Positions 1 to 13,200 of a DNA stretch of 64,000 bases are shown piece by piece. The DNA is from the human T2T-CHM13v2.0 reference genome, Homo sapiens: NCBI RefSeq assembly GCF_009914755.1, contig NC_060944.1; one strand, 5' to 3'. A program made the translations under genes and the position numbers. Numbering within the stretch: the stretch's first letter is position 1; each line of letters opens with the position of its first letter. The notes under the pieces are model-generated. The model did no database searches. It was not told the origin of the DNA and worked only from the letters and a program-made list of their open reading frames with translations.

Positions 1-176
1 TTAAACCAAGGATCCAATCTAATCATCCTCATGGACTTCAAGGTTCTGAGGTATATCCTGGGCCAGGAGCTTATAGAAGGTTGAGATGAGGGTGAGAGAG
101 AGGCTTAGGTGGGATGCTGGTTTCATCCTTGCTCTAACTTGGTTCATGGTTCTTATGATTTATACCTTAAAACACA

Positions 177-486
177 GACACACTGTGGTGGCTCATGCCC
201 ATAATCCCAGCACTTTGGGGGCCAAGGACAGAAGATCACTTGAAGCCAGGAATTCAAGACCAACATAGCGAGAACCTGTCTCTACTAAAAATTTCAAAAT
301 GGCTGCATGTGGTGGCACACACCTGTAGTCCCAGGTATTTAGGAGGCTGAGGCAAGAGGATCACTTGAGCCCGGAGTTTGAGGTTGTAGTGAGCCATGAT
401 CATGCTACTGCACTCCAGCCTGGGCAACAGAGTGAGACCCTATCTCTAAAAAAAGAAAAAGAAAAAAGAAAACAAAAGAAAAAAAT
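177..486 (+). mobile_element. AluJ SINE
   Basis: Dimeric Alu with J-type 'ggatcacttgagccc' and 'gagaccctatctc', A-rich tail. Confidence 0.9.
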
Positions 487-1263
487 ATATACACACAAAC
501 ACATCAGCAGCAGCAGCATCACATGTATACATAACCAAATAGAAAATTATAGGTGGTAGCACCTTCAGAGAAAAAAAGTCATTTTTTCTCCTCCTGAACA
601 TTGAAAATTACATTATCTATTTATGACACAGGCAGATGGTATGAATCTGGGCTTTCACTTTGAAAGTATTTTCAAGAAAGCGACAGACTTTCCCCAGCGA
701 AGAGAGCGGCCCTAAAAAAGAAATACCCATTTATGAAATTCATATAAAGCCCTTCCTGCAAATTTTTGCATTAGTTTTGAGATTTAAACTGGAATGATCC
801 ACTGTCAAATCAGACTGGTGGGTAAGCAGTCAGAGGCTTTTCTAGAGAATGTAAGCCTTGGTACTTAACAAGAAATTAGTGGGGTTTCTCAGCATGGAAA
901 ATAGGAAACTATTTGCTGGGTGATACATTCCATTTTAGATTTCCTGTGATATGTTAAGAATGAATTTGTTGTTCATTGATACCTTCCAAGAGACCCCAAC
1001 ATAGGGCAAACAATGCCCCCTTCACTTCTGCATGAATGCACTCAGTTCTTTTCTTCACATCTGGAAGTCATTTATTTTGCCCTGAGACATCTGCAGAGGC
1101 TGTTGACATGTGATGGAGGCAGGGGAGCTGGCAAGCATGGCAAGGCCATGGACGCCATCACTCTTGGTGAGGCCTGGCTTTGTTGGAGGCAAGAAGAGGA
1201 CCCGCTTCCCAACTGGGAGATGAGTACAGGTTGACCAATTAAGAAACCAGTTGAATAAGCTTT

Positions 1264-1286
1264 AAAAAAAAAAAAAAAAAAAAAAA
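1264..1286 (+). repeat. Poly(A)23 tract with no adjacent SINE/LINE
   Basis: 23 consecutive A. Confidence 0.95.
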
Positions 1287-1829
1287 CTTCTGAAAAAAAG
1301 GAATTTATGTTGCTAAAATGAATCCTTCATTTGGAGACCTAAAAGGAAAATGTCCAGCTCAGTTCTCTGTGGGATTTCACTCTTAATGGGCATAAGCAGA
1401 AAATATCTTTTTGCAGGCAGAGAGGTATGTGTGCGTATAAATTGACGTGTAATGTTGAAATCTTGTTTTGAAATAACTCCATGTGATTGCTGCTTTGACT
1501 CCTTTGTGTTCTCATTGGTCAGAAGGTGTCCTTGGGAATCTGCCATCAGCAAACATCTGGGAGCGCATATCAGAAGCATAGAGCTGGATGCTTTGGAAAG
1601 GTAAAGTGCATCTGTTAATGAAGCCATGTAGAATTTCTTCCTCTGCTTTCACTAAGAGTAGAGTGTATGAAAATAGTGCACATCTCTATGTCACAGCTAA
1701 ACTGCAGGGCTGTGCTGTGTTGAGAATGAGCACTGGTGCTCTGAATATAGAATGAGAGACGTATAAAGCCCCATTGACCCCTCACCATCATCTCACTCCC
1801 TCGCCTGAGATGCCAGCCTTACAGCTTTA

Positions 1830-1917
1830 GTTTTATTCTGTTATTATAGATTTAGGGGGCACATGTGCAGGTGTGTTACATGGGTATATTGTATAATGCT
1901 AGGGTTTGGGCATCTGG
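1830..1917 (-). mobile_element. L1PB-type 3' terminus
   Basis: 'tagatttagggggcacatgtgcaggtgtgttacatgggtatattg' matches the antisense L1PB 3' end. Confidence 0.8.
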
Positions 1918-2640
1918 TATCAAGAACTCAATCCCATTTACAGTAGCCACACACACACAAAGAATACCTATGAATACTTCTAACCAAGGAGATGAAAGAC
2001 CTCTATAAGGAGAAGTACAGAGAACACTGATGAAAGAAATTGTAAATAATACAAACAAGTGGAAGAAAACATCCCATACTCATGGATAAGAAGAATCAAT
2101 ATCATGAAAATGACTACACTACCCAAAGCAGTTTACAGATGCAATGCAATTTCTATCAAATTACCAATCTCATTTTTCACAGAATTAGAAAAAATGATTC
2201 TAAATTCATATTGAACAAAAAAGAACCCAAATAACAAAAGCAATTTTCAGCAAAAAAGAACGAAACCAAAGGCATCACATTTCCTAACTTCAAACTCTAC
2301 TATAAAGCTATAGTAATCGAAGCAGCGTGGTCCATGTACAAAAAATAGACACATAGACCAATGGAACAGAATAGAGAACATGGTAATAAAACCACAAACC
2401 TACAACCAACTGATCTTTGACAAAGTTGACAAAAATAGACAATGGGGAAAGGACACCCCATTTAATAAATGGTGCTGAGAAAACTGGCTAACCATATGCA
2501 GAAGACTGAAACTGGACCCCTCTCACCATATATAAAAATTAACTCAAGATGGATTAAAGACTTAACTGTAAGACCTGAAACTATAAAAATCCTAGAAGAA
2601 AATCTAGGAAAACTCTTCTGGTCATTGGCCTAGGCAAAGT
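1918..2640 (+). mobile_element. L1PB ORF2 fragment, inverted relative to the 3' end at 1830-1917
   Basis: L1 ORF2 motifs 'aatcaatatcatgaaaatg', 'gaccaatggaacagaatagag', 'aataaatggtgctg', 'attggcctaggcaaag'. Confidence 0.9.
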
Positions 2641-3410
2641 GTTAGATCTTTATGGGAGCAGCTAGCATTGTCCTTTCCTAGCAACCTCACTGAATATGCA
2701 AATCTCCCTGCAAGGGGCAATTCTTGGAGTTACTACCACCACAACTTGATAGGAAGGACAAAATAGAGAGCATAAGGATGATATTTGGGGCTAGAGGTTG
2801 GTAAGAGAACTCCAAAGACTGGTGTGGCTTGTTACATAATTTTAACAAGGGCCTGCTCTGCTGAGGACCCAAGGAAGGGATTTAAATGGCTGAGGAGGAG
2901 GAATAGGGACATCACGTAAGATTGTTCCCCAATCAGGCTGAATCCTTCCAGGCTTTTACAGAGCACACTCAAGGGAAAAGGGCAAGGGGGAACAGCCTGT
3001 TGGAATAGCAATGAGAATGCAATGGCAGTAGTGGGGTAGAGAGATGATTATGATGGACAGTGTCAAAAGGAAGCCACAGAGGAGAATTTCCCACACTGGA
3101 GTCAAAGGGACAGAGTGAGTTTGGTCCACATGGAGAGGATGCCATTGGCCTGAAGCTAATGTAATGAGGTAGTAGTTCATAGTATTAATAATGGAAATCT
3201 TTTACTTGAAACCCAGGAGCTTCTTCCAGCCCCTACAGAGAAATCATGTACTTCTGAATCAGAAGCCAGATCTACAGATATTGCCTACTGGGAAAAAGGG
3301 GGGAAAGGAGAGACGCAAGCTGAAGATCTTGGCATGTAACAGAAACATTCAGAGGCATAATTTGCAGAGTTTTCCTGCTCCAAGACAGGAGATAAAAGTT
3401 GCTGTGATCT

Positions 3411-3539
3411 GGTCGGGCCTGATGGCTCAAGCCTGTAACCCCAGCACATTGGAAGGCCAAAATGGGAGGATCACTTGAGGCCAGGAGTTCGAGACCAGCC
3501 TAGTCAACATAGCCAGACCCCATCTCTATTTAAAAAAAC
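3411..3539 (+). mobile_element. FLAM_C (free left Alu monomer)
   Basis: Single monomer with A tail; TSD aaaagttgc(tg/ca)tgatct at 3394-3410 and 3540-3556. Confidence 0.9.
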
Positions 3540-3684
3540 AAAAGTTGCCATGATCTGAGCACACAAAGGAGGGAAAGATACCACAGGCCCAAGAGAGGGT
3601 GAGGCTGAGAAACCAAGAGAGAACACCAGAGCAGGCTTGCCTTTCATAAGCCGTAGTGTGGAGGTGTGAGGAATTTGTTCAGGT

Positions 3685-4000
3685 GTTTATTCAACAGGTA
3701 TTTATTGAGTGCCTGGGCTATGCCTACTACTGTTCTGTGCACCTGGGATATATCCATGGACCAAACAGAAAAAGATCCCTGCCCCCATGGAGCTTATAAC
3801 CCAGCAGAAAAGACAGACAGTACACAATAAGCAGAAATCAACAAAATACATAGCCTCTTAGGGGATGATCTATGCCAGGAATAAAAGAAAAGTAGAGGGG
3901 TAGGGGGATCAGAGTGGCTTGGGGGAGTTATTTAGCAGTGGGCTTCACCAAGCCAGATTGCAGCCAAGCTATGAAGGAGGTGAGGGAGAGAGCACACAGG
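3685..4000 (-). mobile_element. L2a LINE 3' region
   Basis: 'ttcaacaggtatttattgagtgcc...ccctgcccccatggagctta' L2 signature. Confidence 0.8.
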
Positions 4001-4860
4001 CAGCGTAGCCTTATGGCCCATCACGGCTGTCCAGTAGTGCCCTTGCTCCCGGTAGACAGCCCATCCATGGCTGACTTTGGAATGAAACTTGTCTCCATCT
4101 ACAAAATTCTTTTCAGTCCCCCAAGACTCATTCTGTGAAAGCCGCCACCTTCTGACAACCCAGCACATGCCCAGAGTGAAGGGACAGGATGGAGATTCTT
4201 TGAGATGGTGACACGGAGTTAGAAAGCCTTGACAATGATCAAAGCAGAATGGGGCAGAAACAGGTTGCAAACTTGCCCGCGGAGCTAGAACAGAGGTAGG
4301 ACCCGCAACCAACACTGATCCCTTCTATTTCAGAATCTCACCCAAAACACAATCCCAAATGAGTTTTTAGATACTTGGCTGTTTTATATATTTATTTATT
4401 TATTTATTTATTTTCTTTCTAATTGGGTTTCTACTAGACAACCAACTGTCCACAAGAATCAACCTACATCTATGATACCTTCTTATTTTTATTTTATCAG
4501 GCTTATTTCATTTTGACTATTGGGTCATTACACCGTTTAATAATTATACTACATATTAATATTTTTTCTCAGCAAAAGTTGTATCAATAGTGCTATTCGT
4601 GAAGTCACAAGTTCGCTAGAAATAAAGTAGTATAAATAAAACTAAAAATGGATAAGAATGATGAAGTTTTTATATCCCCAATTTCTGAGGTTGCCTTGAT
4701 TTTAAAATGCTGTTTCTGACAACATTACCACATACTAGAAATTGAAACTTCATCTCCCAGCCTGTCATTCACACTCAGAAGCGGCCTGATAATCAGCTAC
4801 TGACCAGGTGTGACAAGATGTCCTAATTTTTAGCCTTGTACATGTGATCACGGGAGAAGT

Positions 4861-4861
<1 letters not shown>

Positions 4862-4901
<40 letters not shown>
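4862..4901. repeat. (GT)~20 microsatellite
   Basis: Perfect dinucleotide run. Confidence 0.97.
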
Positions 4902-4906
<5 letters not shown>

Positions 4907-5884
4907 ATGTCCATTTGTAGTTTGTCCTCTTTATGAGTCCTCAAGAATACTTGAGCCTCTCTACTTCTTTATTTGGAAACAATCCCAAAGGTTAAAGCCT
5001 CCAGGAGTTGAGATTTGGTTCCCGAAGTCATGAAGCCCAAGGTCCCACAAGCCCCTGTCCTTTGCTAGTGGAATCCTTCCTTTGGTTTAAATAGGAAGCT
5101 TTCCTTGGCAACTCTGATGATGACACCTTTTGTATCTATCCAAAAGGCCAGTTTACTGGTCAAGAGTGTGGGCTGGGATACTCAAGAGTTCAGAGTTACA
5201 TTTCTATATGGACTCCCATCCCATTTTTAACTTCTCCCATGTTTATGGTCATTGCCCTTGTGGGGTGCTTAGAATAACATGGAGAACACAGAGGCTGATC
5301 TGGGTGTAATGGTGCTATAATGCCTTCTAGCATGAGGCAGTGTGGACAGTTTGAGCCTGGTTGAAAGGAATTCATTTTGTCAAGGTTTATATAAATCCAA
5401 GCCCTCCTCCCATTGCAAGTGCCATTGTCCCCACTCAGCTGCACCATCATGATGACAAACTGCCCCCATGGCAAGCAATGGAAGTGAAGGTAGAAGAATG
5501 GGGGGATGGCTGCATCCCATCTTGGCCTCCCGTCTTTCAGGCTCTCAGTGTCACATTCTGTCCAGACCATCCACAAGCCCTTACAGGGTTCCAAACGAAT
5601 GCTCACTTCCCTCCACATCTTGGCACCTTTCCTCACATCTGGCACCAACAGGTCTTATTGTACCATAAACTCTGCTTGTCTGTAGGGGGAAAGGAAGACA
5701 AGATGGCTTGAGGTGAAAGGAAATAAAGTATATTAACCCAAGTAAATTTGGCTGCAGATGTCACCACTTATGCAAGGAGTGCCTGACAGCTCCCCCGACT
5801 CCAGTTGAAGTCTCCCACCGCTGTTCTTCTAGATGGGAGTGCAGTGCTCCCCTGCATCTCATCTCCCCAACTCCTCACAACCTC

Positions 5885-6025
5885 CATTTCCTCAGGCATA
5901 AATTTGGGGAAGCGTTGTCTACATTACGGAACGATTGTCAGGATTAAATGAGAACATACGTGTGAAACCCTCACACATTGTCCAGCATGTAGTCACATGT
6001 AACAAATGGTGGTGGGGATGATGGT
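5885..6025 (+). mobile_element. MIR fragment
   Basis: 'ttgtcaggattaaatgagaacatacgtgtgaaac' MIR core 3' part. Confidence 0.7.
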
Positions 6026-6322
6026 GTATGAGTGGAAGCCAATTTTGATTATTTTTCAGTGTTGCTTAATTCATTCCAATGAAGCACTTACTGCGCGCCT
6101 CCCTGCGATGTCTGTGGGTGCCCGTGGTGAAGGCTGCACCAGTGAGGACAACTCTGGATGGAGCCAGAGAGCAGGAGCCCCACGGTGAACTCTCCACCTC
6201 CTCACACTGGGCCATTACTCCCCCAGAGCCTTCATTTCCCATCTCCCCAACACCCTCATAAGCCCTACATGAAGAGATGAGAAAGGGAACTGAAGGCTCT
6301 TTCCTGCTTAAAACCATGAAAA

Positions 6323-6628
6323 GGCCAGTCGCAGTGGCTCACACCTGCAATCCCAGCACTTTGGGAGGCCAAGGTGGGCAGATCACTTGTGGTCAGAAGT
6401 TCGAGACCAGCCTGGCCAATATGGTGAAACCCCATCTCTACTAAAAATATAAAAATTAGCCAGGTGTAGTGGTGCACACCTGTAGTCCCAGCTACTTGGG
6501 AGGTTGAGGCAGGAGAATCGCTTGAACCCAGGAAGTGAAGCGGAGGTTGCCGTGAGCCAAGATCATGCTGTTGCACTCCAGCCTGGGTGTCACAGCAAGA
6601 CTCTGTCTCAGAAACAAAAACATAAAAC
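6323..6628 (+). mobile_element. AluS (Sx/Sz)
   Basis: Full dimeric Alu; degenerate TSD aaac(c/g)atgaaa. Confidence 0.93.
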
Positions 6629-6802
6629 AAACGATGAAATACAATCTACCTTCATTAATGGAATAAACAAGACAACATAGGACAATGTGATTTGAGGTCT
6701 CCGGGGCACCATGCTTCCCTCATCCCGTCTAAGCATATGACCATGGGGGAAAGTATCAGACATCTCTTATCCCTGGAAATAGCCTTTTCCCGGCCTTCAA
6801 AT

Positions 6803-7215
6803 TCAATTTCAACAAATATTTATTAAGTGCCCACTATGTGTGACGCATTGTCAGACCAGAACTATCCAACAGAAGTTTTTGTGATGGGAATGTTCTGTAT
6901 GTGCACGGTCTAATAGCCATGTGGTTGCTGAGCAATTGAAATGTGGTTAGTGTGACAGAAGAAGTGAATTTTTAATTTTGCTTAATGTTAATTAATTTTA
7001 AATTAAATTTAAATAGCCACACGTGACTAGTGACGACCATATCGCACAGTGAGGGACTAGACACCGAAGATTCACAGGACAGCTAAAAATCCTCACTTTC
7101 TTGAGGTTTATATTCCATTAAAAGGAAGTGGGGCAGACAATAAGATAAAAAAGTGAAATATATCATGAGTCAGACAGTGAAAGTGCTATAGAAAAAAAGC
7201 AGTAAAGCCAGAATC
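6803..7215 (-). mobile_element. L2 fragment interrupted by MER3
   Basis: 'ttcaacaaatatttattaagtgcccactatgtg'; L2 resumes after 7053. Confidence 0.7.
6858..7053 (+). mobile_element. MER3 (hAT-Charlie) DNA transposon
   Basis: 'tgaaatgtggttagtgtgac...ttaaatttaaatagccacacgtgactagtg' matches the MER3 consensus. Confidence 0.85.
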
Positions 7216-7249
7216 AAGTTAGGAAAGGTCAGAATTCTGAAAGGGGTGG

Positions 7250-10200
7250 CAGACTGAACAATTTTCATGCCCAGTGAATGTCCTGTAAAGGTGAAACTCT
7301 CAGACTTTATTTTAGGTACTGCCAAAAGCAAACTGGAGAGTCTAGTGCACCTAGTTTTTGAATACACCCATAAGTCAGGTGTCTGATTTGAACAGTTGCT
7401 TTTATCCTTCTCAACTCTGTACTCAAAATGCACCACTTCTCACTTGGTACAATAATCAGGAATAATGTGTATCTTAATGGAGCTTCTCCATTAAAAGGTT
7501 TTGGAAATAATATATAAAATTAATGGTTTACAAGAATAGTTTTAGACACTTGAAAACATAGCTAACCTAAAGACCTTCAATGCACCATGAATACATTCAT
7601 TCCCCGAATAAAAACGAATCCCAAAATTGGTTTTGATTTTTATTTAAAATTCAAATGTCTGATGTCCTTAAATTGAACAAATGATATTTAAAAATATCTA
7701 TATCAGCCTCCAACATCTGCAGATTGCGATTTGCATTTTGAAATTGGCTGCTTGAAATGAACGGGGATGAGCGCTGTCATTCTTCTTTTCCTCCCTCTGG
7801 TTATTTAATGAAATGCGAGAGGTCAACCCTTTGTCCTTAAATTAGTTCCCATAAAAATCTTTTTGTACTTTGCAGCTTGTTATGATGTCTTGAGGCTGAA
7901 GGAAACGTTGCCATTAATTACGTCTTTGTGGAATATGGATATCTATTCAGAGTTAGTTGAACAGTTTCAAACAAGATTAGCATCGAGCCACACTCGGGCC
8001 AGCTTTGGGTTGGTTATCAAGAATATTTTTCTCTTTTTTTCTCCCTTTCTTTTTTTCCTTTAAATTTTTTTTAAATAGCTGAGAGAATGCTCTTCGGCAA
8101 GTGTGTATTATCTAATATATTCAGCTTTCCGTTGCTACTTTTTTCCAGATGAAGATGAGCTTAATTGAGGTTGTCCTTTTAAGTTTGTAGGGCCCTTCAG
8201 CATCTCACACAAAAGCATCTAGAGGCTTTTCATTTGTCTTGAGTATGTTTCAGATGTACAAATATTATTTACTTTAAACTTCAAATCAAAAGGTGCACTG
8301 TAACTGTTTTAAATAAAACATTAGTCAAGACTGAAATATATATAAATTCAAAGCAATACTTTTTTTTTCCATTTATGTGAAGGGAGCTCAGTTAACAAAT
8401 TTTAGGATACACGTCGGAGGAACTGTTTAGCAACACACTTCAAGCAAGCAAGCACTTAATAAAGGAATTCATTCCCAGTCCTCCAAAGATAAATATTACA
8501 AACCCACTCTACAGCTAAGCTGCGAAGTTAGTTTTCTGTTGCAGACTCTCTTAAATGTTTGCTTGAATAAGATGGGGGGTAAAATTGATTTTGAAGAAGT
8601 GAAGCTCATCAGTGAAATGTACCCAGGGTGCTCATCTGGGGGGGCATTTTGAAAAAATGAAGAAAAACATTCAGCTACAGGCTCAGCTCTATACAAACCT
8701 GTTTGTAGTATGAGGGTCATGAAGGCTGATGAGTGGAACTTCAGCCCTGGGAGAAAACCCTTTTCTGTGAGCATTTAAATCAATATATTAGAAATTATAG
8801 TACATCCTAGAGAACATGGCAGAAATTGTGAAAAACAGAGTAAGATCTCTTTTTGCTTTTAATAATAATAATAATAAGCCCCAAGGACCATACTAACAAA
8901 GTAGATTGATCCGTTTAGGAATAAAATTCTCAAACAACCCTGTGAAAGATAAGTATTCCCTATTGTAGCAAAAACAATGAGTATGATCTTTTTTTCCCGA
9001 TGAAGATCCTGTTTAATGTCTTAAAAATATTTTGTAGTGATTTTTATTTTCATTCCTTCTTCCTCCAGCTCCTTTCCTGAATATGGAACCAGAGTGTCCC
9101 TTGTTGTGAAGCATTCCTGGGAAAGAGGCGCTAACCTTGTATCGCTTTTGAGTGTAATATACATTTTTCATTTTAAATGGGAGCTCATAATGACATTGTG
9201 TGGAAGGGATTCCAGGCCTCTGTGATTATCACCATGTCTCCTTGAGCTGCGCCTCTGGAAAAAAATGTGAAGGAGGTAGCCCTCTGGAATGAATAAATCC
9301 TGCCGCCTGCCTGTAATTATTTATTAAAATAGATTAAAGAAATAGGCTAAAAAGGAACCCGCCACCCATGTTAGAGATAGCATAATAAGAGTACATAGAA
9401 AGGGAAAATTAACACCAGGGAGGAAGGAATGTTAGATATGTGCTTTCAAGAATACGGCCATGTCTGCATTGTTGGCTTACACGCAGACACACGCTCGGGT
9501 TTTTCATTTGGCAGGGTGGGCTGTGCTGATGAAAACGTGGGTTACTAATACTGATGTGTATGTCTCTAATTAACATTAGAATTGAGTGGTAAACATAACT
9601 AGGAGAGCATTCAAGAGAGAAATGGGCTAAAAGAGAAGCCAATGTGTAGAGAGGAGGGGGAAGAGACGGGTTGGAGAGAAGAAATCGGTCAGCCCTTGTT
9701 CAGATGGGTTTAATTTAGTCACTTGAGTCAAAACTGGAAACCTGTTTTCTAGTACAATTGCTTCTGTGTTTAGTGGGTGCTGTCCTTGCAGGCGCCTTTC
9801 ATTGCAGGTGAATTTTATAAACAGCACACCATCATCAAACCATCTTGGGGGTCAACTTTTTCCACTTGTGCCTTTAGCTCTTACGCAAGTACTTTTATAG
9901 TGTCTTCTAATATACAGGATTTATCTTCGGTTCTGAGAAGAGCTTTTAAACTTAATCCCTCACTGGAGTACTAATTTGTTTCTTCATCCTTAAACCAGTA
10001 CTTTCGGTTAACTTTCATCAGAAACGGTAGATTTCTTTAGTATGGCCACTCGAGAAACATAGGTTTGTGTTAATTTTTTGTTTTGTTTTGTGGCTGTTTT
10101 TGTTTGTGACTGCTGGGAGAACAACAGGGTGGGGGAGATTTTGATGATGGTCGCTGATATTATTCTTGTATTTCTGTTTCTTAAAGTTCAAAGTACATAA

Positions 10201-13200
10201 CTGGAAATACCTGTGGACGGTTGCCTTAAAAATATTTCTAATCATATTCGCCTAAAGAAAATAAAAACTACTACCTATTTTTAAAAAAAGGAATGCCAGA
10301 ACTTATTTTTGCTTTTTTATTCTGGCTTTTCCCATGATATTTGAGTGGAATAATATGCTATGATGTTTATGTATGAAAAACAGAATACACTTGCATATGT
10401 TATGAGGAAGAAAGCTGCTTCTAGGAAAACGAACTTTTTTTTTCTTTTTTTATGTTTTAGGAAATGATTTATCAAAGTAACAAAATAACTCATTGGGAAA
10501 GCAGTGTTATTTATAAAAACAATCAGCCTTTGACTTCCTTTCATTTTTATAAGGCTAATGTAACAAGGATGTTGCAGAGGCAAAAATGAACTCGAATCCT
10601 TTTAACCATATGAACACTTATGAATTTTATTGCAGCTCCTATGTAACCACTTTATTTAACCAACTAAATAAAGCATGTACTTTTTAAAAATATTTAATGT
10701 TCAGCACCAAAAACTGTATCCAAAGAAAATGTACATTTCCTGTGTAATATCTGCCTTGCCTCGTTAATTCGTTAGAAAAAAATATATACAAACATATCCA
10801 GGGAAATGCTTTGGGTTTTTTCTAAAGTCATAGATGTTTGTGTAGAAAGGAATGGAACCATCTTCACACGTGAATTGAAAGCGGAGATCTTCAGTGCTGG
10901 AGTTCAGAAAATGAAGAGAACTTACAAAAATGTACAGCTGGGAATGCCATTCCAGTGGATCTTCCCCACCACGAAGTTATTACTGTGTGAACAATGTTCA
11001 TTAGCTTTACCAATATTGTACTTCTGTTTATCTGCCATTACCATCTTCACAAAGTAAATCACTCCTGTTCTTCCCAGATCGCATCTCTTCCCCCACCCTC
11101 TGAAAACCAACATTTGTTACCCATAAGCAGGGGGGGACGCTTAGTGATAAGTATAATAGCTTAAATTGAATTTTCCTTCGAATGATTTAGTGAATACTAG
11201 AACACATTTTTACTTTGTTGTTTAGACTCAAGAAGGCATAAAATCTCCGCCATCTATTTATCATGTAGTTATTTTAATGTAAACATGTGTCCGTTTAGAT
11301 GAAGTGTTTTCATTATTAAGCTAATTCCAACGTGTCTCAGATAGACCATGAGAAGGGAGCCGAGCTCTGGCTGATGGGGAACCGAAACCTGCCTCCGCTC
11401 AGCCTGCTGTCAGATATGTCTTCATTAGTTTTTTGTCATTCACCGGTGGCAAATGCTGTATAAATGGAATGATGATCAGGCCCGCCTTGATAACTTGTCT
11501 TATCTCATTAGTTTTCACATCAAAGTTAATCAGCAATGTGAATTGTAATTGCTAGAGGAGACAATGCGTAGATCGCTGGTTGCTTTTTTCCCCCTCCCCT
11601 GTATGGCATCTTGAAACATCAGCAGGCTGGCTGGAGCAGATAGGCTCGGAAGGAAAATGATGTGGAAGGCATAATAAGCGAGCTGCTCAGAATTAATGAG
11701 CTAACCCAGTAAGAAAAGAATGGCCAATCAATGTGAGTTGGGCAAATATAATTTAGAAATAATTGCTTGATTGGTTGCCTATAGTAGACTGATTTGACCA
11801 CATACAAGGATTAAGAATTAAGATGTCAAGGCAAAAAATAATTTGGCAACTGAGGGCATGTAATTTTTTGTGTCCTTCCCTTTATGATTGAAAGAGATGG
11901 GTGTTTGAGATGCTATTCGCCAGAATGAAAACATTAGACACCCTCTCGTTCTCTTTCTGCTCCTCTCACAATGCAGGCCCATTCAGAACACAATTGTGAT
12001 ACTCCTGGACAGGACGTGAAAAAGGTATGGATTGAGAGAGAGAGAGAGAGAGAGAGCGTGTGTGTGTATGTGTGTGTGTTCCCATTTATTGCAGTTATGC
12101 CCAAAGGATGAATGGGTTGGTACATAAGGTGTTTGCATCTGCGCTGAGCTGCAACATCATTGGGAGGCATGGCAAAGTGAGAGATGTGGATATTTGCAAA
12201 ATACGTCAATTGTCTGTCCTCGGCCGAAGAGTTCTGCTCACATCCTACATGTTCCTAATGCAATTTTCCCCACAGCTATTCACCAATTAGTAGAGGGCCC
12301 TTGCTATATTCTTCTGTCTAAACTATTGGGAAGGTTCAGCCAGAAGGTAAATTTGCTTTGATCTACATTACACCTAATTGAGTCACCAGCAATGTCTCTA
12401 TCCCAACATCAAGAAATGTGAAAATGTTAGATTATTTCACTGGGGATTAAACCTAATTTTCGTGTGTTCTGCATTAACCTATTAGGCTGGCTAATCTGCA
12501 TTGCTAATGTGACTGAGGCAGCTGTCACAGCTAAAGAAAAACATGATCATGCAATCCTTGAATGAATGATTCCCAGCCTGATTAGTCTTAGTGAAGTTAG
12601 CTGAGCCCTGGTGATAAGGAAGGAAAATTCCCAGGTTGCCAATAGCTTTGAAAATTATCAGACTGTAGGCAAAAATATACCTCATGATTCACAGGCTTCG
12701 GTCCAAATACCGAGTTGAGTGACATTATTTAAGACTGACTAAGGCTAACTCGAATTGTCGCTCGCATAAATGTTTGTGTTTATTTTAAGGGACTAACGTA
12801 ATGGATGCAGATTTAAATGCTAATAGACGCCAGCCAGACACATAAAACCCCAGGCATTGTTACCCTGTTGGTCTTTTATTAACATAGATTAAATTGTAAT
12901 ATTTTCTAGATAAATTGGCAAAATCAGAAAGATGCATTGCCCCCCAGAATGCTCGATGAGGACGACTTTTGCAGGACTTCTGGTTTTTCGGGAGATGAGG
13001 ATCACAGTAGTGGAAGTTTACACGTTCACTACTCTCGTTATCAGTTTAAAAAAAAAGAAGAAGAAGAAAAATAGGGGAAAAATGTGTTTATAAGGAGGAA
13101 AATAGATTTCTGCAGCTCGCTGGCCAGAACCACTTTCTCTGTCTGTCCACTTAATTGGGAGGACTCGGCACGCATTTCTCCTCATCCCTGTATTTTGTTC

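Noticed and set aside
1013-1290. Processed pseudogene ending in the A23 tract
   Set aside because: No canonical poly(A) signal, no TSD, no recognisable parent mRNA
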